Shown here: in pieces, positions 56,430 to 64,000 of the stretch | Numbering within the stretch: position 1 is the first letter of the stretch | Layout: each line of letters starts with the position of its first letter | Assembly (NCBI GenBank): GCA_044892525.1 | Contig: CM097885.1 | Span: 51,772,001-51,836,000, forward strand | Direction of reading: 5' to 3' | DNA length: 64,000 bases | Source: Schmidtea polychroa | Lineage: Eukaryota | Notes under the pieces: model-generated | The model's database searches: none | What the model was told of the DNA's origin: nothing | Seen by the model: the letters and a program-made list of their open reading frames with translations, nothing else | Translations under genes and position numbers: made by a program

Positions 56430-57320
56430 TACACCATTTGCTAAATATGCTATTTTTGTTGTAAAATGCTGAATTTTTCATATTTTTTTAGAAACTTTTT
56501 TTAATTCTAATTAATATTTATCAATATTTATATTTTAATATCTACGAGCCCATATGGCGAACACAACCCAAACCTTAAAAAATAAAAATACCGAAGTATG
56601 TTTCCGTAGGAATTCACTTTGTCAGAAAACAAAAATTTGTTATGTAATCTTTGCTCATGTATAGTAAATAGTGGTGAATGTGCACGACCACTGAAAGAGT
56701 TGTGCACATACCAAAAAGATGAATTTATTTAAAAAAGTATACTAAACAAACATATTTCTGTTTGATAAAACTACAAGTCTTTGTTTAGCGATCAAAACCA
56801 AAGTAATAACTGCGCCAAACTTGTGGGATGATTTGAAATATCTTGAAATAAAGTATGAAATTTTGATTTATGTGTTGGATTAGTTGGGAGATGGATCATT
56901 GGACATAAAAAATCGGTATCAAATGTTTTCATGTACGTCTTTTGTGTGTGATAATGTCGGTTTTGGAACTTGTATAAATACAAGATTAACCGAGAATGCT
57001 TTTAAACGATTTGCTCTATGAATTTAAAAGATATTTAGCCCTTAGATTATACTTACTTGGAAAGACTTCCATCATCAATTCCCGCGAAGAGAAGCTTTTC
57101 TACACTAAAATAGTTACTCGCTTATAATATTAACTTTAAACCCTGAAACACCAGTTATTATTTACAATTTTATTATAATTCGAAAGTGTTTTGAGGAAAT
57201 AAAATTTTAGAAACAGATAAAGGCAATGATGACTTGAATTAAGTAAAATGTTGTTTTAATTGAATTTTTAAAAAATTTGCTATTTTTTCTTATTTTTAAG
57301 ATATAAATGATTAGTTCTAG
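56430..57320 (+). mobile_element. CGGBP1-like hAT-derived transposon remnant
   Basis: Zinc finger MFP*EFTLSENKNLLCNLCSCIVN/VHDH*KSCAH; C-terminal PSSIPAKRSFSTLK*LLAYNINFKP*NTSYYLQFYYN (cf. PTSxxVERSFSMLxKLLAKDRNF); AAA(A/T)TGCT subterminal motifs. Confidence 0.75.
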
Positions 57321-58254
57321 TAATTGTATTGGATTATGCAATGCACAATAACATTGATTACCCGAATATTCGATCTGTCCAAATATGTTCTATTAAAATA
57401 TAAAAACATGATTATTTTTTCAAATATTTTGATATTTCTTAAACTTCTTTTTTCGTTGCAACTTGAAACAAGCATTATTAATTCTCTCATTACAATCTAT
57501 TTCTACCATTTAAATCTCACCGAAGACAAACTTCTAAACAAATCTATTAAGGTATGTTGATAATAAATTAGAAATCAAACAATATCAACTCCATTCTTTG
57601 GGCACCTCAAAATTACCAATATAGCTTTTGTTTCTTTCATACTATAAAATTACATAATTATGTTTACATCAAATATATTTTCATAGAATCTGACACAAAT
57701 CGAACGAAAATAAAACATAAACCTACACCAAAGCTGAAAATCTTGCAACCATCCATTACCAAATTCACAATTATAAACTATTCAACATTTACTCGTAATA
57801 ATAATTATTATTTAAATGTTATATTTAAATGTTATTTGACTTTGATAATTTCTATAAAAACAAAATTAAAATATATCAAATAATTTTGTAAATATAATTT
57901 TTAATTAAAATGGAATATACAATTTTATTTATAAATCATATTTTCAAAAATTTAAATAAATACATTTTGTGCTTCGTAGACAGAAACAGATATTTGTCCA
58001 TGTTAAAATCATGAACCGTTAATTAAAAAATTAAAAAATCCCCAACGTATTCTCAGATCAAAGAAATAAAATTAATTATAAACAATAAAATTTATTTTAA
58101 TAAAATAATTGAATGAAATTTATAAAAAATGCTTTTTTTCTATTTTTCCATAAATTTAATGTTATTAATTTTTTAAATAATATTAAAAATAATTATAATA
58201 GTAATAATAATAAAAATAAAAATAATAATATTAATAATAATAATAATAATATTA

Positions 58255-58430
58255 AAAATTTAAATGATAATTTAGGCCTTTTGTTGCGAAGTATATATTC
58301 AATAAATAAATGAAAATTCTTTCATTTTATTGAATATATATGAATATATACTTCGCACTAAAGGCTTAAATAATCATTTAATTGTTTAACATTCAATTAA
58401 TGCTGTTACCAAGGAATCATAACTTTATAC
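58255..58430. mobile_element. Fold-back family D copy between (AAT)n blocks
   Basis: TAAATGATAATTTAGGCCTTTTGTTGCGAAGTATATATTCA / TGAATATATACTTCGCACTAAAGGCTTAAATAATCATTTA inverted pair; homologous to 3588-3750. Confidence 0.8.
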
Positions 58431-58784
58431 TAATAATAATAATAATAATAATTTCACAAATAGGTTTAGTCTCCGTCTCATGTATAAATTTACATAAAAT
58501 GAGTACAATTCCGCATACATTGAAAATATTTGTACATGAGTTCAGAAACATGGTCGGTGGAAATGTTTGAGCAATATTATAGAAAATCTCGACAAATTTA
58601 TTTAATTTTCAAAATATTTCGATAATTATTGGACAAATGTATTGAGTGAGGATTTGTTGATTTCTCAAATCCTAAATTATTTATCAGTTAATATCGCATT
58701 TCTTAACATTATTTAATTAATTCTATAAATCATAGCTATCATGTTATTAACTATTTTAAATATATTTCAATTGTTTCTTTTATT

Positions 58785-58805
58785 ATATTATTATTATTAT
58801 TATTA

Positions 58806-58887
<82 letters not shown>

Positions 58888-58943
58888 ATTATTATTATTA
58901 TTATAATTATTATTATTGTTATTATTAATATTATTATTAATAT
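58785..58943. repeat. (TAT)n microsatellite
   Basis: TAT array. Confidence 0.97.
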
Positions 58944-59879
58944 TTAAAGGCAATGAAAATTAATTTTGTTGAATATTAAATTCAGACATAATATGACAAA
59001 TTAATCTGAAGAAGTCAAAAGAGAAATTATTATACAATAAATTCTTCAATTACTAAACATTAATTTTCAAATTTTCAAATTTTTAAATTATTTTGTTAAA
59101 TTAAATGAGAAATATTTTAATTGAATTTGTCAATTTTATTTCATATAGCAAATTGTCTGTGAAAATTTTAGATAAACCATAGAGAGTGACAAAATAACAA
59201 CAAAATACCAATAGAAATCCACTAAAATAACGCATCGCCTTTATATTTCAAAGGGTTCTCAAACACAGAGATACTAAATACTACATTTCATATTTTCTAA
59301 GTGAAATTTGATGTCAAGTTGAAAACATTGTCAAAAAGGAATGATAATTTTTTTTACATTAACTACATCAACTCAAATGCAATTTATTAACTAATTTTAT
59401 TATATATACTTTTATAAGAACTTTTTTTTCAAATTTCACCACTGATTTCTTTTCCATTGACATTGTATTTAATAAAAGGCTTGACTATATACTTTTGTCA
59501 TCATAAGTATTTTATTTTTCATTTTGTGGTATTTCAATTGAATTATTAATACTAAAATATGCATGTGTTTTGCCTGCCTTTCACATCACAATTTTAAGAT
59601 AAAGATCATATTAAGTAATCTTTTTATCAAGCAAAATTTGTATGTTATCGTGAAATGAAAGTGTTGTTATTAATTTTAAAATTTCAGAAGTAGAAAAACT
59701 GGAAACGCTTATGATATTGAAGGTGAGACAATAGTCAACCCCAGCGCGTTAAGGAAATAAATAACTTCAAGGAAAGCGTTAATATTCTCGAGAACTATCT
59801 ACACCATATCTTGGACAAACTCTTTGAAAGCTTTATCATTTAAATTTTAAAGTTAAATATATATTGCAATCCAATATTT

Positions 59880-60300
59880 ATTATGAGAAATTAATGTTTC
59901 CTGCTTTTGATCTTGTGAATGTTTGAAGTCATGTATCGAAGTCATAATTACCTGTAATTTCGTGTTCAATTGATATTATTGTCGGACCAGTCAATCTTTC
60001 TTGAGCCATGGTCAAGCAAGTGTATGCCTTTATCAATTTCAATTTTGAAAAACTTATTTCCGAACTGGCTACTGATACCGACAATTTTGCAAATACGCGA
60101 CATATTTCCTAAGTGAAATCTGAAGTCAAGTTGAAAACATTATCAAAAAGAAATAAATAATCTCAAGGAAAGCGTTAATATTCTCGAGAACTATCTACAA
60201 CATACCTCGGACAGAATCTTTCAAAGCTTTATCCAAATGATTATCATGGACTGAAATTTCAGAATCAACTATCACATGAAACTTAGAAACTGGAATAATT
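59880..60300 (-). mobile_element. hAT (Tip100/ZMYM1-like) transposase C-terminal remnant
   Basis: EICRVFAKLSVSVASSEISFSKLKLIKAYTCLTMAQERLTGPTIISIEHEITGNYDFDT*LQTFTRSKAGNINFS*. Confidence 0.88.
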
Positions 60301-60419
60301 AAAAATTTGATGTTATTTCTCAGCAACTAGATAAAATGAATTATTTCTAACTTATTACATAATATCATGAAAAAGTGTCTAATATGATACAGTAGGAATT
60401 TTGATGATTTTATACTTTG

Positions 60420-60560
60420 TAAGAACTTTTTTTTCTAATTTCACCACTGATTATTTTTTCCATTTTATTTATTAGAAAGGGCTTGAAGACTATAAATCAA
60501 TAATATACCGATGTTTTTTTGATATATTACTGATTTATAGTCTTCAAGCCCTTTTTAATA
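60420..60560. mobile_element. Fold-back family F copy
   Basis: AAAGGGCTTGAAGACTATAAATCAATAATATA / TATATTACTGATTTATAGTCTTCAAGCCCTTT hairpin. Confidence 0.82.
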
Positions 60561-61929
60561 GATTTTAAACTTATCATTACTGAAGATATCTTAATTTGAT
60601 TTATGCCAAAAATGGCACTTTATGCCCTATAGAGTCAAAATCCTAATGAAATCTTATTTCACAAAATCTTAAACATAAGTTTTGTTGAATAATCATAATT
60701 TGGAATAAATTTTAATAATATTAAAAAAAAGTGTTATGTCAGACTTTTAGAGTTTTACTCTGGGACAATCTGCGCGAGAGCTCGTGTATAGATATAACCG
60801 ATCTAGGAATTCATTTGTACAAGAACTCGAACATCTTCGATAATCTACTTTGGAAATCATTTGTATGAGAAATCAAAATTTGAGATTATTATTGAAATAA
60901 TTTATTTCGAAATTTGTTATTCAAACAAACAATTTTCTCGTTTGTTTTATCATGTTTTTAATATTTTAATTTTAATATAATGTTTTAATACGATTTTAAT
61001 ATAAGTAAATATTTATAATGTCTGTATTTTATATGATAAATAATATAAAATTTCAATTATATGACCAGTACAAGACCCCTTTAGTGAATACTTTGGCAGT
61101 TTATCTTTACACATAATATAGGTCATTTTGCAGACCATGATTTGTGCCTGCTGGAAATTTAATGATATATTTTATTGTTAATTTATTTTAATCATAGAAT
61201 TTTTTAAGTAGATATTTCATTAAGTATTTTACTAAATTTAAATAAATGTTGCCTGTGTTTTTAATTTTTTTAAAAAAAAAATCATTTGAGAATGTCTTAA
61301 TTACTATAACTGCTATTGTCCTGTTTGTATCAATTTCGTGACACAGTTTACATTTTTTGAAAAGAAAAATGATGATGAAAATTTATAGAAAATTAGGCAG
61401 CTCTCTTTAATAATTAAATTAAATTTAGAAATTTTTTTTACAAAGTGAAAGCATTTCATTCCATGTAAATGAATCTGAATGCTGCTGGAATTGATATGTA
61501 GTTAAATAGGATTAGCACGTACACTCTAGACAATTTACATATGCAATTTAATGAAATTATCTATTTCAAAAATGAAAAGTAAAAAATATGCTGTTTGTAA
61601 ATTTAAATTTATTAATAATTTAATAAATTAAAAAAATTATTATTTAATTAATTTTATTCAAAATATTTTGAGTCATAAAATTTATGTAATATTTATCGGA
61701 ATAGAAATTGAATAAATAAAAACGTAAATTTTCATTGAAAGCTTTTATTGTAAAGACAGATAGTGATACTTCGTAATATGTCAAAATATTTTTATTAAGA
61801 TTGAATATTAAATTACATTTAAATTAATACACAAAAATTATTTATAAATTTAATTAAAATATTTATGTAAAAATTCTATGAATATCTTGTGTGACAATCA
61901 AACGTAGACACTTTAAATAAAAATTTTGG

Positions 61930-62353
61930 TGTAAGAAAATTGTCCTGTCACTCGAGGGTTTCCGCAAGTTTCTGATCGGGTTAGAACAAAACCATGTTTT
62001 AGGAGTGTTAGCTGTATTAACATATTGTCGACCGATCGGGGATATCTCCCTGTTTTACAGTGTAAAGCAATATAGCAATAGTATGGCTGGTTTTCAAGAT
62101 ATATGTAATATATGATAATGCCCATAATATTTGATAATGCCCTCTTTCGCTCAAAATAAATTATCACTACAATTTTTAATATAATAGAACATAATTACAC
62201 CAAAAAATTAATTAATACGAGAATAAAATATAAAAATTAAAAATATGCGAGAAGAAAAATACACATTATAGCTCATACCGAGTCGCAATTCGTTCGGTGA
62301 GTAATGTGTTAAGAATTCTATAATAATGCTAGTAACTAGCGGCCCGCTTAACA
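61930..62353 (+). repeat. Probable 5' LTR of the Ty3/gypsy element
   Basis: TGTAAG...CTTAACA ends, internal AATAAA, directly upstream of gag; the left boundary could be about 61888. Confidence 0.55.
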
Positions 62354-62507
62354 ATTTAAAAATTGATGTACTGTAAAAATACAAAAAAACTTTGTTTGTT
62401 TGTTTATAAACTTTTGTCAGTTTAGTGATGATATTTAAACTGTTATTTTGTTTAAATATTCGGATGTTATATTAAATAAATTATTTGGAAATAGCGTATT
62501 AGATTTA

Positions 62508-64000
62508 ATGCATATTAATGGAAATGTTACTGGCAACCACACTGAGATCACAGCACTGGTGAGAATACAGCAAAGTCAGAAATTTGTGGAATCTTTGCGA
62601 AAGAATATTCAAGATTCAAGATTCAATTTATCCAGTGATTAAGAAGTTTTTTGGAGGAAAAGAAGAAAATGTAAAGGACTGGCTTGTATCTATTGAAGAA
62701 TTTTTGATGATAAATTCGCTTAATTTAGAAGAAGCGTTTGATTTGTTATTGCATGGAGACACAAAATAGTTATGGATGGCCTTTAAAGAAATAAAAAAGA
62801 CTTTGGCCTCAGATCAAGAGGTAAAATGTTGGTTTATTTTAAAATATGTAAAATTCAAAGGTTTTTTGCAAAATATCGAGGACATAAGTATGATAAAGCA
62901 GAGATCGGACGAAAGGTTTAAAAATTTTGTAATCAGAGTAAGGAAATTAGTGGGCGAAGTTCTTTCCGAAAATCAAACGGAAGACATGATTGTCAAGGAT
63001 ATTGTAACATGACGTATGTATTCAGAAAAAGTTAAGGATGCAAATGCAATGAACCAAGAAGTATCTCTTACAGAAATAGAGAAATTGAATGTAAATTTTG
63101 AAAATATTTTACATAGATAAGACAACAGAGAGGTATTTGCATTGGCATATGATAGGAAACAATCGTCTTATGTATCGGTAACAAGAAATAAAATTCTAGT
63201 AAGGCAGAATGTTCAACCAGTGATTAAGCCATCAGTTCCAGAGACTAACCGGTATGTCAGTAAAAAAGAAATTACGACAATTATGACAATAGACAATCTG
63301 GTACTGAAAAAAGGCGAAGTTCAGAAAGTTTATTGGTTAATGAAACCCAATAGGTTCATGGTTTCTTTCAAACATATTGCAAGACGAGTTTACGACAAAG
63401 CGAAAGGATTACTGGAACCAGAATTGTGACCCTTACAACCCGGTCAATATTACAGTTGTAATTAATCAGATAATATTCAAAACAATTGTCTTTTAAACAA
63501 GTGTTGTTTAATATGTGGTAAAAATGATCATTTTTTTAATAACTGAATTCTATTAAGAAGTAATAATACAAGAAGAATTCACTATATTTCAAGAAGAAAA
63601 TAATTTATGAAATCTGACTTATTCGTGTCAAGACCTTGAGAATGATGTCACGTCAGAATCTGAAGTAAATGAAATAGGATCGATTACATGAGGGCATAGG
63701 AAAAATGGCAAAGACCGGTCTTTAAACAAGATACGCTCCATGGCAAACATTTCGACTGTGGAGTCGTTTGAATTAAATGTGAAGAACACAGGAAACCGAA
63801 ATGTTATGATTTTCAAGAATTCCGATCGAAGAGGTGGTGGAGTTTTGTTCAATGTTGTGGAATAGTGATTGAGATTTTGTAGGATACAGGTGCGTCGGTT
63901 ACGGTAATGTCAGAGGCCATATGAAGGAAGTGTGGAGATACAGTTTTAAAATCGTTAGATATGGCGCTCAGAGGGGCGTTTGTAAATAAGCCGATATCAT
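62508..64000 (+). mobile_element. Degenerate Ty3/gypsy gag and aspartic protease (continues past the window)
   Basis: KKFFGGKEENVKDWLVSIEE, IKQRSDERFKNFVIRVRKL, two decayed zinc knuckles (YSCN*SDNIQNNC; C*ICGKNDHFFNN), protease IEIL*DTGASVTVMSE at about 63883; many stops and frameshifts. Confidence 0.92.

Overview
Very AT-rich, repeat-dense metazoan DNA with abundant (AAT/ATT)n and (TA)n microsatellites; a planarian-like flatworm origin is plausible but is my inference only. The one intact host coding segment is the first coding exon of a protocadherin-like gene (minus strand, 18584-17796), with paired CCAAT boxes upstream. No further cadherin exon is recognisable in the 17.7 kb downstream. 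The rest is mostly decayed transposons: hATs of several lineages, piggyBac-type and hAT MITEs, Tc1, pogo, Helitrons and Ty3/gypsy fragments including a 5' LTR-gag-protease at the right edge. Two intronless pseudogenes (Rab4-like, actin) are largely missed by the ORF track. The most interesting signal is a set of short fold-back elements from several unrelated families, often beside (AAT)n. At least two carry a minimal hammerhead-ribozyme core (CUGAUGA-U-stem II-GAAA-UAUA-UH) of the kind known from Penelope-like retroelement terminal repeats. All calls are from manual reading and translation; no searches were run.
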